Assembly: GCA_038087875.1 (NCBI GenBank)
Contig: CM075990.1
Location: forward strand, 11,410,001-11,474,000
Reading direction: 5' to 3'
Source: Malacoraja senta
Taxonomy: Eukaryota
DNA: 64,000 nucleotides
Shown: positions 24,441 to 37,666 of the stretch, one piece after another
Layout of the letters: every line of letters begins with the position of its first letter
Position numbering within the stretch: position 1 is the first letter of the stretch
Made by a program: the position numbers and the translations under genes
Notes under the pieces: model-generated
What the model was told of the DNA's origin: nothing
Database searches by the model: none
What the model saw: the letters and a program-made list of their open reading frames with translations, nothing else

Positions 24441-25197
24441 AGAAGGGTCCCGACCCAAAATGTCACCTATCCATGTTCTCCAGAGATTTGGCCTAACCCA
24501 TTGAGTTACTCCAGCATATTGTGTCTGGAGTTGTTAGACATGTGAATGGGTTATGGGATTGATGAGGTTGCTCTGGGAGCTAGCATTGACTCAATGGACC
24601 AAATGGACTTCTTCTATGTCATAGGAAAATATGAAATGTATGAGTATGTGGGCCATTTTGGATACATTTGCTGCTCCTCCATTGTCGCGGGGTCTAACTC
24701 TTGCTTGTCTCCCTGGCTTAATCCGAATGACTGCAACAATTGAAGTAGACTGTATACCACTAGCTTCTCAAAGGCAACAAGAATGTGTAATATATGCTCG
24801 TCTCGCCAGTCGGAAAAACAAACTATTTTTTTAAAGTACTAGTAAAAATTCCTCAATCCATTAACCAGTTCCAGCAATCAATTATGTGACTTCACTCCAT
24901 CTTCCTCACATGTTTGGTGAACAAACATATATTAATCCCAGATATAAAAAAAAGCAATTGCCATTTGCAGAATAGAGTTTAATCCATCTCATGTGGACGC
25001 ATGTCATAAATTTACTCCTTAAAAACCTGGCTATAATTTTTAGACTATGTTCTCTGGATATAGGCACCTCAACTAGTGGAAGGAGTTTCACCATCATCTT
25101 TAAAACTTTAATCAAATTTTGTCTTCATCTTCTATAGTTCAGGAATGCCACAGTTAGTGAAATCCCTCCCTGTAATTTAACCCTTTGTGCCCAGAAC

Positions 25198-25515
25198 TGG
25201 CAGCGCTGTGGCACAGCTGCTAGAGGGGCAGCCTCACAGTGCCAGAGACCAGGGTTCAATCCTGACCTCAGGTGTTGTCTGTGTGGGGTTTGAACGTTCT
25301 CTCTATGACCCCATGGGTTTCCTCTGGATGCTCCGATTTCCTCCAACATCCAATAGATGTGTGGATTTGTAGGTTAATCTGTCTCTGTATGCCCCGAAGG
25401 AGTCGTAAGGGGTGGTTGAGAAAATGGGATAACATAGATAGTTTAAATGGGTGATTAATGGTCAGCGTGGATTCGGTGGGCTGAAGGGCCTGTTTCCATG
25501 CTGTATCTCTAAACC
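25198..25515 (+). mobile_element. HE1-type SINE (older)
   Basis: Degenerate A and B boxes, central domain and 'gaagggcctgtttccatgctgtatctctaaa' tail. Confidence 0.8.
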
Positions 25516-26227
25516 AAATAGTTCTCTCCGTTCTAAAAGTGGTCTCTTCAGCGATTTGCATCGTGGCAGCTTTTAAGTGCTTCCATTAATATAAGGACCA
25601 GGTTTCTATTAAATAGTATGTGGTGTAGGAAGTTGTGTTGTGATTTAGTACTGAGATTTTGCTCTGATACTCTGAAAGAGTTTTTGATAATATTGAAAAA
25701 TAATACCATCATTAAAAAAAATTACATTAGATTTTGCAATTATTGTCACACTAATTTCTTTATCATGGGCTTTTTGTAGACGTAGAATTCATTCATTTCT
25801 CCTGAAGGAAGATTGTGTCTGTTTTTTTTATTAAAGAAAAATTTTGCTCATGGAGGTATTTTTATATTTGTCTCAGACTCATTGGCAGATAAACCACAGA
25901 AATAGATTGGTGAGAGTGTGACAAAATATTGAATCAAGATGCAGTCCAAACTGAGTGAATGCCTTCTGCCTGATTGAGCTGTTTAAATAGCTTTTCACAC
26001 CGTGGCTGGTACACAGTTAGATTTGTTAAATTGCTTCTTTTAACTATGATTTGTTGTAGATGTCTGTGGAGTAACCTGTAGCCCAGCATGAGGAAAGGAC
26101 TTGTGATGTGGCTGCCCGTGGTGGCAGTGAATGGAACAGAAACACGTGGCTCTGTAAACTGGAACCCGCTGTCTGGATGCTGGGTCCACTGGGCCCACTC
26201 CTCCTTCACTCTGTTTGCATCATAGGT

Positions 26228-26500
26228 ACACACTCACATGCACATACACGTGCACATGCACACATGCACACACGCACACACTCATGCACACACGCACACA
26301 CACATGCACACACACTCACATGCATACACACACGTGCACACACACATGAACAACACACTCACACACAGGCATGCATACACCCACACAAACACATGCACAT
26401 GCACAAACACACATGCACATGCACAGACACATGTGCACACACACACACACCCACGCACACACACACACACGCACATGCAAACACACACACACACATGCAC
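26228..26500. repeat. Imperfect (CA)n/(CACATG)n microsatellite
   Basis: Directly visible. Confidence 0.95.
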
Positions 26501-27084
26501 GGCTCGATTGTAATCATGTATTTTCTTTCAGTTGACTGCTTAGCATGACAATAAACTAACCAAAAGTCACTATTTTTCCTTCCTGGTTTGTCGACGATGA
26601 GAATTCTTCAATATGGTCGAATGACCAGAAATACAATTGAAAACTGCTAGAACTGCTCCACATATTGAGTTACTTTATCACCATCAGTTTCTATTTCAGA
26701 TTTCCAGCATTGTCAGTGCAGTGTAGTAGACAGGAAGGTGCCGGCATGCATATCAATTAAACATTAAGCTACTTACAGCAGTTTTTTTCTCCTCAATATA
26801 CCCAACATTGGGGACACTTTAACTTGTAATATAATAAGTAAACTCTAAGTCTATTCAAATAAATATTCTAATTCTTTCACTTACATTATCCCTTAGCAAA
26901 ACACAATAGATGAATGATACGTGTCATGTTAGAGGTATCAGTGTACCGTGCCGTTGCATATCATCACAAAGAGAACATTGAATATTGTTAACATTTTCTT
27001 TGTTTGGTGAACCAGTCCAACATAAAACAGCTTGTAGATTTTCTGAAAAGTACCGCACAACTTTGATCGGATTTTGCTGGCTAT

Positions 27085-27458
27085 CTGAAACGTACAGAAT
27101 AGTGAAAGGCTTTGATAGAGTGGATGTGGAGAGGATGCTTCCACTAGTGGGAAAAGCTAGGACTAGAGGTCATAGCTTCAGAAGTAAAGGATGTTCTTTA
27201 AGGAGGGAAATGAGGAGGATTTTCTTTAGTCAGAGGGTGGTGAATCTGTGGAATTCTTTGCCACAGAAGGCTGTGGAGGCCAAGTCAGTGGATATTTTTA
27301 AGGCACAGATAGATAGATTCTTGATCAGTGTGGGTGTCAGATGTTAAGGGAAGAAAGCAGGAGAATGGGGTTAGGAGGGAGAGATAGATCAGCCATGATT
27401 GAATGGCGGAGTAGACTTGATGGGCCGAATGGCCTAATTCTGCTCCTAACACTTATGA
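27085..27458 (+). mobile_element. CR1 LINE 3' end (second subfamily, TTATGAC tail)
   Basis: ETYRIVKGFDRVDVERMLPLVGKARTRGHS..FFSQRVVNLWNSLPQ. Similar copies at about 38250-38620, 62780-63155 and 46600-47018 (minus). Confidence 0.85.
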
Positions 27459-29523
27459 CAACTTTCTTCATGGCTAGTGGTGAATGTCATCACTAATCCA
27501 ACCTTGGGATCCATTCTACCCATTGTGTTTATCTAGTTTCACCTTGAATAACTGCAAGTGCAGTAGTTAATTTATTGAGCTTGTAAACCTGAGGAGTCCG
27601 CACTGGTAGACTAGAGACCCAAGTTCAAATCCCATCAAGGAAGCTGTGGAAATTAAATTCAGTTAATATTCAATTTTTTTTTTTTTAAGAGAACAGCTAG
27701 TTCAGCTAACATCTAAGGATTGATGATCTAAGGATTGTTGTAAACACCTATCTGCTTCACTAATTGGGGGGGAAATCTGCCTTCCTAACACAAAGTGGCC
27801 GACTGGTTGATGATAATTGACACTGGTATTGGTTTATCACTGAGATTTGTACTGAGATGCAGTGAAAATCTTTGATTGCGTGCCATCCAAGCAAATCACT
27901 TCATACCTCAGCAGATTAGGTAGTGCAAAAGAGAAAATATACAAAGTGCAGAATATAAGATACAGCTGCAAAGGAAGTGCAGATTTTAAAACCGTGCATG
28001 AGCACCAGTGAGGTAGATTGGAAGGTCAGATATTCAACTCTAACATATATAACATAGATTTGAAAATTGGGAATTAATTCCATGTTTATTAAATAGCCCA
28101 GCAAACCATACTTTTCATAGTGATGGGATCAATTCTCACCGGTTGTGGGTTACAAACCCCATTTTTGTATTGCCCTGGCCTCAGATAGTAGACTCCGGGC
28201 TTCCAAGCAATATAGTGTCAAGACCATCAGCTAAATAACTCTAATGCCATCTCCAGCCTCTAACCCTCAGGTTGGCTGCTCCTCTATAGGGCTCTTTTAA
28301 ACCATTACTATTGCCAGGATAAAAAATGTTACTCCTAACTCATTTATTTGTCATATTAATTGCCCCTAATTTTTGAACAAGTAATATATTGTCCTGGCCC
28401 ATAGACCACTTACATAATTTTAAAGATCTCTCTCAGCTTATCTCTTAGTCAAACATTTCTCAGAGAAAGGAGTCCCAGTGTTGCTTGCCTTCTCCTTATC
28501 GCCTCCTGTAGAATTATGTGGAAGGTGCACTCATCAAAGGGCCCAGATATAACCCCGGTACAGTGCGTTGGAAGGTCATAAGGTCATAAGTGATTGGAAT
28601 AGAATTAGGCCATTTGGCTCATCAAGTCTACTCCGCCATTCAATCATGGCTGATGTATCTCTCCCCCTCTAACCCCATTCTCCTGCCTTCTCCCCCTAAC
28701 CCCTGATACCCGCACTAATCAAGAATCTATCTCTGCCTCAAAAGAGGAAGAGACAGGATAAGTCCTGGTATAACAATGTGATCACTGATTCTACAATAAC
28801 AGTCCCATCTGGAGGACTAGCTCATTATCGACTGTGCCTTTTGCATTGTGTTCGTTAATGGGAAGATAGCGTGAAAGTGATTTTGAGCTAAAGATTGCAT
28901 CAGCCATCTTGAGGAGCTGTCTTGAGGGGCTGACTGGTGCTTCTTGCTCATGTTTCTTACGACTTATACAACGCCTTCCCCAAACCTTAATCATATCGAA
29001 GGTTAAAAGGATGGGAAGACTTCATAATCTGGTTTGGAAATATTTAACATTTCTTCATCATTTTTGGGTCTAAATTCTGGAAATCCTTGTCTTTCAGTAT
29101 GTACGAATGCCAGTACAAACAATATATACCTCTAAGTTTCCACAGTCTCCAAACTATCTCAGATGGTCCCGGTTCAGGATGATAGGTTAACACCACATGC
29201 TCAAAGGCAAATAGAGATTGGCAAATGGTGTCCTTGCCAGCAATGCTCATATCCTCAAAGTAGTGGACTTGTTTTCTTATTGTGCTTTTCTCCAATATCT
29301 TGTTTTTTTGCACAGAATTTTACTTTGAACTGTCTTGCAGAATGTATGTATTATTTATGTTTATATGTATTTGTCTGTGTCTATATGCCTGTACTGTTGT
29401 TGCAAGCAAGATTTTCATTGCCCCTGCACCTCACCTTATCTGTGCTTATGACAATAAATTCAACTTGACTTGATTTGACGAATAAATAAAGGACATCGAG
29501 TTTGTAATAAAAAGGAACTGCAG

Positions 29524-30615
29524 ATGCTGGCTTTCGACAAGGTACCACATAAGAGATTAGGATACAAACTTAAATCACACGGTATTGGGGGTTCAGTATT
29601 GATGTGGATAGAGAACTGGCTGGCAAACAGGAAGCAAAGAGTAGGAGTAAACGGGTCCTTTTCACAATGGCAGGCAGTGACTAGTGGGGTACCGCAAGGC
29701 TCAGTGCTGGGACCCCAGCTATTTACAATTTATATTAATGATCTGGACGAGGGAATTGAAAGCAACATCTCCAAGTTTGCGGATGACACTAAGCTGGGGG
29801 GCAGTGTTAGCTGTGAGGAGGATGCTAGGAGACTGCAAGGTGACTTGGATAGGCTGGGTGAGTGGGCAAATGTTTGGCAGATGCAGTATAATGTGGATAA
29901 ATGTGAGGTTATCCACTTTGGTAGCAAAAACGGGAAGGCAGACTATTATCTAAATGGTGGCCGATTAGGAAATGGGGAGATGCAGCGAGACCTGGGTGTC
30001 ATGGTACACCAGTCATTGAAAGTAGGCATGCAGGTGCAGCAGGCAGTGAAGAAAGCGAATGGTATGTTGGCCTTCATAGCAAGAGGATTTGAGTATAGGA
30101 GCAGGGAGGTTCTACTGCAGTTGTACAGGGTCTTGGTGAGACCACACCTGGAGTATTGCGTACAGTTTTGGTCTCCAAATCTGAGGAAGGACATTATAGC
30201 CATAGAGGGAGTGCAGAGAAGGTTCACCAGACTGATTCCTGGGATGTCAGGACTTTCATATGAAGAAAGACTGGATAGACTTGGCTTATACTCGCTAGAA
30301 TTTAGGAGATTGAGAGGGGATCTTATAGAAACGTACAAAATTCTTATGGGGTTGGACAGGCTAGATGCAGGAAGATTGTTCCCGATGTTGGGGAAGTCCA
30401 GGACAAGGGGTCACAGCTTAAGGATAAGGGGGAAATCCTTTAAGACCGAGATGAGGAAAAACTTTTTCACACAGAGAGTGGTGAATCTCTGGAACTCTCT
30501 GCCACAGAGGGTAGTTGAGGCCAGTTCATTGGCTATATTTAAGAGGGAATTAGATGTGGCCCTTGTGGCTAAAGGGATCAGGGGGTATGGAGAGAAGGCA
30601 GGTACGGGATACTGA
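29524..30615 (+). CDS. CR1 ORF2 C-terminal half (reverse transcriptase domain), open frame, 5'-truncated
   Basis: AFDKVPH, SGVPQGSVLGP, SKFADDTKL and RPHLEYCVQFW motifs. The ATG is contributed by flanking sequence. Confidence 0.9.
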   Translation: MLAFDKVPHKRLGYKLKSHGIGGSVLMWIENWLANRKQRVGVNGSFSQWQAVTSGVPQGSVLGPQLFTIYINDLDEGIESNISKFADDTKLGGSVSCEEDARRLQGDLDRLGEWANVWQMQYNVDKCEVIHFGSKNGKADYYLNGGRLGNGEMQRDLGVMVHQSLKVGMQVQQAVKKANGMLAFIARGFEYRSREVLLQLYRVLVRPHLEYCVQFWSPNLRKDIIAIEGVQRRFTRLIPGMSGLSYEERLDRLGLYSLEFRRLRGDLIETYKILMGLDRLDAGRLFPMLGKSRTRGHSLRIRGKSFKTEMRKNFFTQRVVNLWNSLPQRVVEASSLAIFKRELDVALVAKGIRGYGEKAGTGY

Positions 30616-30716
30616 GTTGGATGATCAGCCATGATCGTATTGAATGGCGGTGCAGGCTCGAAGGGCCGAATGGCCTACTCCTGCACCTATTTTCTATGTA
30701 TCTATGTATCTATGTA
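29531..30716 (+). mobile_element. Young CR1/HER1-like LINE, 5'-truncated, nested in a Penelope-like repeat
   Basis: Host repeat 'aaggaactgcagatgctgg' stops at 29530 and resumes as 'tataccaaagatggacataaaatg' after the tail. Confidence 0.93.
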
Positions 30717-31607
30717 TACCAAAGATGGACATAAAATGTTGGAACAACTCAGCATGTCAGGCAGTGTCTCTGGGGAAAGCTTTCTCCAGCGATGCTGCCT
30801 GACTGGCTGAGTTACTCCAGCATTTTGTATCTGTCTAAGGATATCAAGTGTGTAGGGAGGAACTGCAGATGCTGGCTTAAACTGCAGACAGACACAAAAT
30901 GCTGGAGTAACTCAGCAGGACAGGCAACATCTCTGGAGAGAAGGAATGGGTGACGTTTCGGGTAGATACCCTTCTTCAAGTTGCGTTGCCTCGAAGGTAA
31001 ACAAGAGACCCAATGTTTCCATCCCATGTTAATGACAATCTTCATAGGGATTTGAAAAACATTGTCAAATTTTCGAGGTTTGTTTTCCTTCATCTCTCTC
31101 TTTCTCTCTATTTCTGTTTCTGTTTGTGTTATCAAATTCATAAGATTCATAAGATGCAGGTAAATTTAAAGAAGATCCTGGGGCCAGATATGTTATAGTG
31201 TTGAGACTTACAGAGTTGCAGGGCTGGAGGATAAAAAGCACAAATCCATGCAGGGAGCTCAATGCAAAGATGAGAATTGTAAAATTGAAACATTGATCAA
31301 ATTTTCATTTATTACACCACTGTTCATGATAACATACCGTGCGCAGAAGAATTTAATATATTGACCAATATATCAACAGGCTTGATATTTTTAAGGGTAT
31401 TTCTTATACTTAAGGCACCTTGAGATATTTTTTAAAGATATCATAAGAAGACATTTGTTCTCTCACTGTCCTTTGGCAAATCTTTTACTCTTCCTCGCGG
31501 GTCGGACGGAGGAGCTGGGCCTCGCGGGTCGGAGTCCGGGTTGGCGGAGAAGCCGACGGAGCCTGTGGCTGGGGTCTGGGTCAGCACCACAGAGGTGTGA
31601 AGTGCGG

Positions 31608-31960
31608 CATCGACAGACAATACATGATTATAATCGAACCGTCCACAGTTTACAGATGCATGATGAAGGGAATATTGTGAATAACGTTTAGTGCAAGTCA
31701 AAGCCAGTAAAGTCCGATCAAAGATAGTCCGAGGGTGCCCGATGAGGTAGATAGTAGTTTAGGACGTCTCTCTAGTTGTTGGTATTATGGTTCAGTTGCC
31801 TGATAACAAACTGTCCCAGAATCTGCAGCTGTGTGTTTTCACACTTCTATACCTCTTGGCTCATGGGAGAGGGGAGAAGAGGGAGTGGCCAGGGTGCGAC
31901 TTGTCCTTGATAATGCTGGTGGCCTTGCTGAGGCAGTATAAGGTGTAAATGGAATCATTG
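31608..31960 (-). mobile_element. Rex1-type LINE 3' fragment
   Basis: Reverse complement carries 'aggccaccagcattatcaaggacaagtcgcaccctggccactccctcttctcccctctccca' (the IIKD..HPGH motif) and the 3' UTR. Confidence 0.7.
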
Positions 31961-33574
31961 GAAGTTAACATCATATACATTATACAGAGTGGGAAATAAA
32001 GACTTCACTGCTTACATGCTTTTGTTAGGAACTAAATGATCATAAATATAGGGTTTTTTTAAACAAAAGAAAGATGTTTTGAAATTTGTATGTGAGAATC
32101 ACAATCCATACAAATGAAACTAATCTTTTTTTTGGAACAGGTAGATTTCTAAGCCATAACTATGGCTTAGTACATCATGAAAGGTTAATTTAGACAGCTG
32201 AAAAACCACAATATTTTTCTCTTGATTATACAAGAGAAGGCTGCAAAATAATACAATATATGGAGGAGCAAAGAAAAACTGAGAGCAGCTTTGGGATTTC
32301 CTCATTAAGCTGGAAACTCTATACAGAAAGTTTGCTGTCAGATTCACTGAGGCAAAACAACAAATAATAATAGCTTTACAACTGCAATTTCTGGAGAAAA
32401 TGAGTTGTACAATCCTATTTAATTAGTTAAATTACCCCATGATAATGCTCTCTCGTGTCAGTTAAATCTCATCGCCATTCATATTCACCCACATGACAAC
32501 CCATATTTAAGACAAATCCACTACAGTAAGGCAATCTATGGCATGCATAAAACCAGGTTGCGTACTGCAAATTTTGGTCAGCATCTAAATTCAGAGCTAA
32601 TGAAAACTAGAACAGCACACAGTGTTCCGTGAGCTGTCGAACTACAAATCTGAGAGGCCAGACTTAAGGAGGCATCTGCATTCATCTTTGATATGTAGTT
32701 GGTGCTAGTTTCTCTGGGCAACTGCAGGTAGTTTGTTATAATGTGTGTTTCCATAACATGAATAGGTTATAACACAATTGATGGATTAGGAAACATTATT
32801 TGCATAACACAGGTCGCACTGGTCATAATACAATCACAATAGGGAAAACCTGTTTGCATTTGTTATTAAAGGCAACTTCAGTCTCTTATAGAGTCATAGC
32901 ATCATGGAGTCATAGAGTCATAAATCATGGAAACAGACCCTTCAGCCCAACTTGCCCACACCAGCCAACATGTCCCGCCTGCCTGCCTTTGGCTCATATC
33001 CCTCCAAACCTGTCCGATCCATGTACTCACCAAATTGCAATAGTCCCTGCCTCATCCATCTGACCAAAATGCCCCATCTAAGTTTGTCTCATTTTCCCAC
33101 ATCTGGCCCATGTCTCTCTAAACCTTTCCCATCCATGTACCTATCTAAGTGTCTTTTTAATGGTGCTATAGTATCTGCCTTAACTCTCTCCTCTGGCAGC
33201 TCTTTCCATGCGCCCACCACCCTTTGTGCGAATCTTGTAATTTGGTTATTTGTTGCGTTAACTCTAGTTAAGAGTCAAGAGTGTTTAATTCTCATGAGTA
33301 CCGGGACTAGAACAATAACATTCTTACTTGCTGCAGCCTTCGCAACTCAACAAATAAATATAAGGAAAATTATTATTTATACTCGATCAACCAGACCATA
33401 ATATTGCAAGCCAAAGAAGGCGGAGGTACAACTTTCCACAATGCGAGGAAGATAACCTTCACGCTATACCAGCTTGTACATGTACCAGCTTCTTTCTCTG
33501 GTTTGGCATGATATCTCTTTTAAACTACGCCCCTCCATATCCTTCCACATCCCAAAGAAGTATGGGTTTAGGTT

Positions 33575-33678
33575 TAAGTACGAGTCTGAAGAAGGGTTTC
33601 GGCCTGAAACGTTACCTATTTCCTTCGCTCCATAGATGCTGCTGCACCCGCTGAGTTTCTCCAGCATTTTTGTGTACC
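33575..33678 (+). mobile_element. Single-arm Penelope-like insertion retaining the hammerhead-like core, inserted in a SINE
   Basis: CTGAAGA at 33586, then 'agggtttcggcct', GAAAC and GTT. 13-bp duplication ATGGGTTTAGGTT at 33562-33574 and 33679-33691. Confidence 0.8.
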
Positions 33679-35216
33679 ATGGGTTTAGGTTCATTGGTCT
33701 CTGTCAAATTGCACTGAGTGAGCAAGGAGTGGATGCGAAAGTGGATAACATAGAACGTGTGAAAGGGTGATTGAAGGTCAGTGTGGATTAGATGGGCCAA
33801 AGGTGTAGACTAGTCTGAAGAAGGGTCTCGACTCAAAACATCATCCATTCCTTCTCTCCAGAGATGCTGCCTGTCCCGTTGATTTCGTCCAGCATTTTTG
33901 TGTCGAGGTGGGCCGAAGGGCCTGTTTCCACAATGTATCTTTCAATCAATCAATTATTCTAAACAGCAGTAAACACTGACATTTGGTCTGTGCAAAATTT
34001 TATAAGATGTTTTTGGAGGCACGGCATAGCTCTGGATTTTTAAAATACTGCAAGAATGTTGCACGCAAGGCCTTGAATGAAGTAATATTTGCATCCACAA
34101 TCTGGGCAGGAATCTGGCACCGGTTGTTTGTGTTTCTCCCATCAAGGACACAGCACAGAGTCTCCTCACATTCTAGCATTAACACCTTTTGTTTCCAAAC
34201 ATTGCGCTGGTGTCATTTCAACATGAATGTCATTTTAATAAGAAAAAGGCACTGGGCTCTACGGTCTGGTAGTCACCTTTTGTGAAGCAATTTAACAAAA
34301 CGCTCCTGAGTCTATGACAATTTGTGGATAAATAAAACAGGCTGTTATGCAGATTTAATGGAATTTTAATCGCTTTTGCATCTTATCTACAAACCTACAC
34401 AAAACAAGCTGTCTTTGAAATTGGTTTTCTTGTATGTACAGCTCTGGCTCCCAGACACAAAGCTGGTGTCAATCTGAGGGAAAAAAGGGTCTTGTACGTT
34501 GCTGTTGTTCAAGTGTGGCAGGTGCTTCTGCTACAGGCGAGCTTCTCTGCGGAACTGTTTCCTGGCTGAAAATAAGCTTTGTGAATTTGCTTTTACTGAG
34601 ACTTGCCGGATGATTCATCTGCTCTATAAAGGAAGGTTTTTTTATGTGATGTAAAAAGGAGCGAGTTTGTGCGATTTAAAATAAAGAGAATTTTGCAACA
34701 TCAAGTGCTTTACAGCTCGAGACGTAAGTTTGAAGTGTACACACTCAGGAATTCCCTCTCAAAGCTTTTACCTCTCTATTTTCTCTCTTGAAGATGCTCT
34801 TATAACATTTAATTTTAACAAGCCATTGGACATTCGTTCTAAATACTCACTGCGTAGCTTGATATAGTTATAGTTTTATTTTGTGCGGTGCTGTGTGGAG
34901 CTATGTATGTGGAAGCTGTTGTAGATGTTTAACCAGTTGATGCTGATCTCTCACTGATAAATATGCTTATTGCATAAATGCAAGAGCTTTATGCAACATC
35001 ACAGAGGGATAAATGCATTACAGTTATTGGCATAAAGTACATTTAAAGTGTCACATTTATTGTGATTTTGTGAAATGGGGAATTATTTGTTCATAGTTGT
35101 TCCCTCTTGAGTGCTATGACACAGTTGTGAAGAATTGGGTTGATTGCAAAGTTTCCTTTACATTGGACTTACCCTACATACTGCATGTTGGCACTGCATA
35201 CACTAGGCAAATTTGG

Positions 35217-35509
35217 GGGCGGCACGGTGGCGCAGCGGTAGAGTTGCTCCCTTACAGCGCCAGAGACCCCCGTTCGATCCTGACTACAGGTGCTATCTGT
35301 ACAGAGTTTGTGTGTTCTCCCCGTGACCAAGTGGGCTTTCTCCAGATGCTCCGGTTTCCGCCCACACTCCAAAGATGTACAGGTTTGTAGGTTAATTGTA
35401 AATTGTCCCTGGTCTACAGGATAGTGTTGATGTGCGGGGATCGCTGATCGGCGTGGACTTGATGGGCCAAAGGGCCTGTTCCCCGCTGTATCTCTAAACT
35501 AAACTAAAC
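35217..35509 (+). mobile_element. HE1-type SINE, full length
   Basis: 'gggcggcacggtggcgcagcggtagag' head, B box 'gttcgatcc' and (CTAAA)n tail. Confidence 0.9.
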
Positions 35510-36022
35510 AAATTTAAGTCCGATGCCTGCACAACAGGTTTCTTTTAAACATGAGAACCTCAGCAACATGTAACATCCATCAGTTGATAGACACAAAAAG
35601 CTGGAGTAACTTATCGGGTCAGACATCATCTCAGAAAAGGAATAGGTGATGTTTCGGGTCGAGACCCTTCTTCAAATTATCTATCAGTAAATGGATTGCT
35701 CTTTTTACTCAATCTGCAGCAGTGTATTTATTTTCTTGCAAAGAACTGCTTCAGGATTAAGCAATTCTTAAATTGTCATCCTGGTTTTCAAATTGCCTCA
35801 TCATCTCACTCTTTCCCTTCTCTGACGTCTCGATGTCCAGCCCTATAAACCTCCTAGATCCAAGTGCTCCTCGAAATGCGGCCTCATGTACATCCCTGAA
35901 TTTAATCATTATGTTATTAGTGGCTTGGTCTTCAGCTGTCTAAAACCAAAGGACTGAATTTTTCACAGAGACTTTGGTCCTAAGTCTAACTTTTCCTTAT
36001 ATGTCTCAGCGTTATTATTTTC

Positions 36023-36338
36023 TTTAGTTTAGTTTAGCTTAAAGATACAGTGCGGAAACAGGCCCTTTGTTCCACCGAGTCCACACCGACCAGCAATCCC
36101 TGCGCAATAACACTATCCTACACACACTAGGGACACGTTTACATTTATACCAAGCCAATTAGCCTACAAACCTGCACATCTTTGGAGTGTGGGAAGAAAC
36201 CGAAGATATCGGAGAAAACCCACGCAGTCACGGGGAGAACGTACAAACTCCGTACAGACAGCACCCGTAGTCAGGATCGAACCCGGGTCTCTGGCTCTGT
36301 AAGGCAGCAACTCTACCGCTGCGCCACCGTGCCGCCCC
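36023..36338 (-). mobile_element. HE1-type SINE, full length
   Basis: Reverse complement of the same consensus with intact A and B boxes. Confidence 0.9.
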
Positions 36339-36909
36339 TTATTTTTTCATTAATATCACTATTGTCAAATGGCTTAAGCTACTTTCATCACAATGAAAGG
36401 TGCTATTTAAGTGGAAGTTGCTGCTGTTCTTGCTATAAATGTTCTACATAAACTCTCTCGTGTTGGAATTGTTTTATATCGCGGTCCAAGAAACACGCCT
36501 ACTTCATCAGAGAGATAAATGCTAAAACGTGGAAAGTTTGCAGGTCCTGCAGCACATTGCAAGGACGTATTTACACTGCAAATGAAGGACTAATTATTGC
36601 AATCCCAACATTTGTAAATTGAGGTGCTTTCGAGCAATCTTTAAACAGCTGCTTTGTTTGATTGATGGGATGTTCCTGCCACATCAGTTGTATCTGCTCC
36701 CATTCGAGGAGCAAATATCCTGGCTGCTTCCTTTCAGTTTTGCTGGAAAATAAAGATCAGCATTGTGAGGAGTATACCCAAGCTTATTTGGTCATTCTGG
36801 CACATTTGGTACACAGGGTGGAGATGGGTTTCCTGAGTTAAAAAAAAGAAGTCAGTGAATGTAGATTCAGGTTCATCACTCTCCCAGGCACTTGGATCAG
36901 GCACAGAAC

Positions 36910-37215
36910 AGGGTGGCGCGGTGGTGCAGCGGGTTGAGCTGCTGCCTCACAGCGCTAGAGACCCGGGTTCGATCATGATTTTGGTTGCTGTCTGTGTGGA
37001 GCTTGCTGGTCTCCCTGTGACCGTGTGGGTTTCCTCTGTGTGCTCCAGTTTCCTCCCACATTCCAAAGGTGTACAGGTCTATAGTTTAATTGGCCTCTTG
37101 TGTGTTGGGGAGTGGATGAGAAAGTGGAATAACATGGAACTAATGTGAAAAGGTGATCAATGTTAAGTGTACACTTGATGGGCTGAAGGGCCTGTTTCCA
37201 TGCTGTATCTCAAAA
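36910..37215 (+). mobile_element. HE1-type SINE
   Basis: tRNA-like head 'ggtggtgcagcgg..gggttcgatc' and shared 3' tail. Confidence 0.85.
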
Positions 37216-37351
37216 CAAAATTAAATAGTCTACACTTTGGGATTTGCACTACCCGCTTTTGTATTTGCATATGATGTGATTTCTCTGAGTAGCAACCAAA
37301 CAAAGTTTTTCACTGTATCTTTCATTCTCATCGGTTATAGGAGCAGAGTTA

Positions 37352-37666
37352 AGGGCCTGTCTCACTGTATGAGCTAATTCAAGAGTTCTCCCGAGTTTCC
37401 CCTGATTCAAACTCGGAGAATTACGGTAATAGCCGCTCTTGGTACTCGGGGCTCTCGTGGAGATTTTTCAACATGTTGAAAAATCTTCACCAGTCTTCAC
37501 GAGCTTACCGCGTTTCCTGAGCACCTGCCGTTAGCGTTACGAGCTGCTAGGAGACGTCCCGAGCTCCGGCGTACCCGCTACATACATTCTACGTGCTTAC
37601 CACGAGTTTGATTTTTTTTAACCTCGGGAGAGCTCTTGAATTACCTCGTACAGTGGGACAGGCCCA
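37352..37666. mobile_element. PIF/Harbinger-type MITE (third internal type)
   Basis: Termini 'agggcctgtctcactgta' and 'tacagtgggacaggccca'. TTA duplication at 37349-37351 and 37667-37669. Confidence 0.85.

Noticed and set aside
26108..26548. His/Thr-rich and Val/Cys-rich ORFs (also 50154-50673)
   Set aside because: Artefacts of (CA)n and (TA)n microsatellites.
34700..34725. miR-17/20-like 'caagtgctttacag'
   Set aside because: Only a partial match to the mature sequence, and I see no complementary arm for a pre-miRNA hairpin.
35217..35290. tRNA gene
   Set aside because: The A and B boxes belong to the tRNA-derived SINE head and continue into the SINE body, and no complete cloverleaf is evident.
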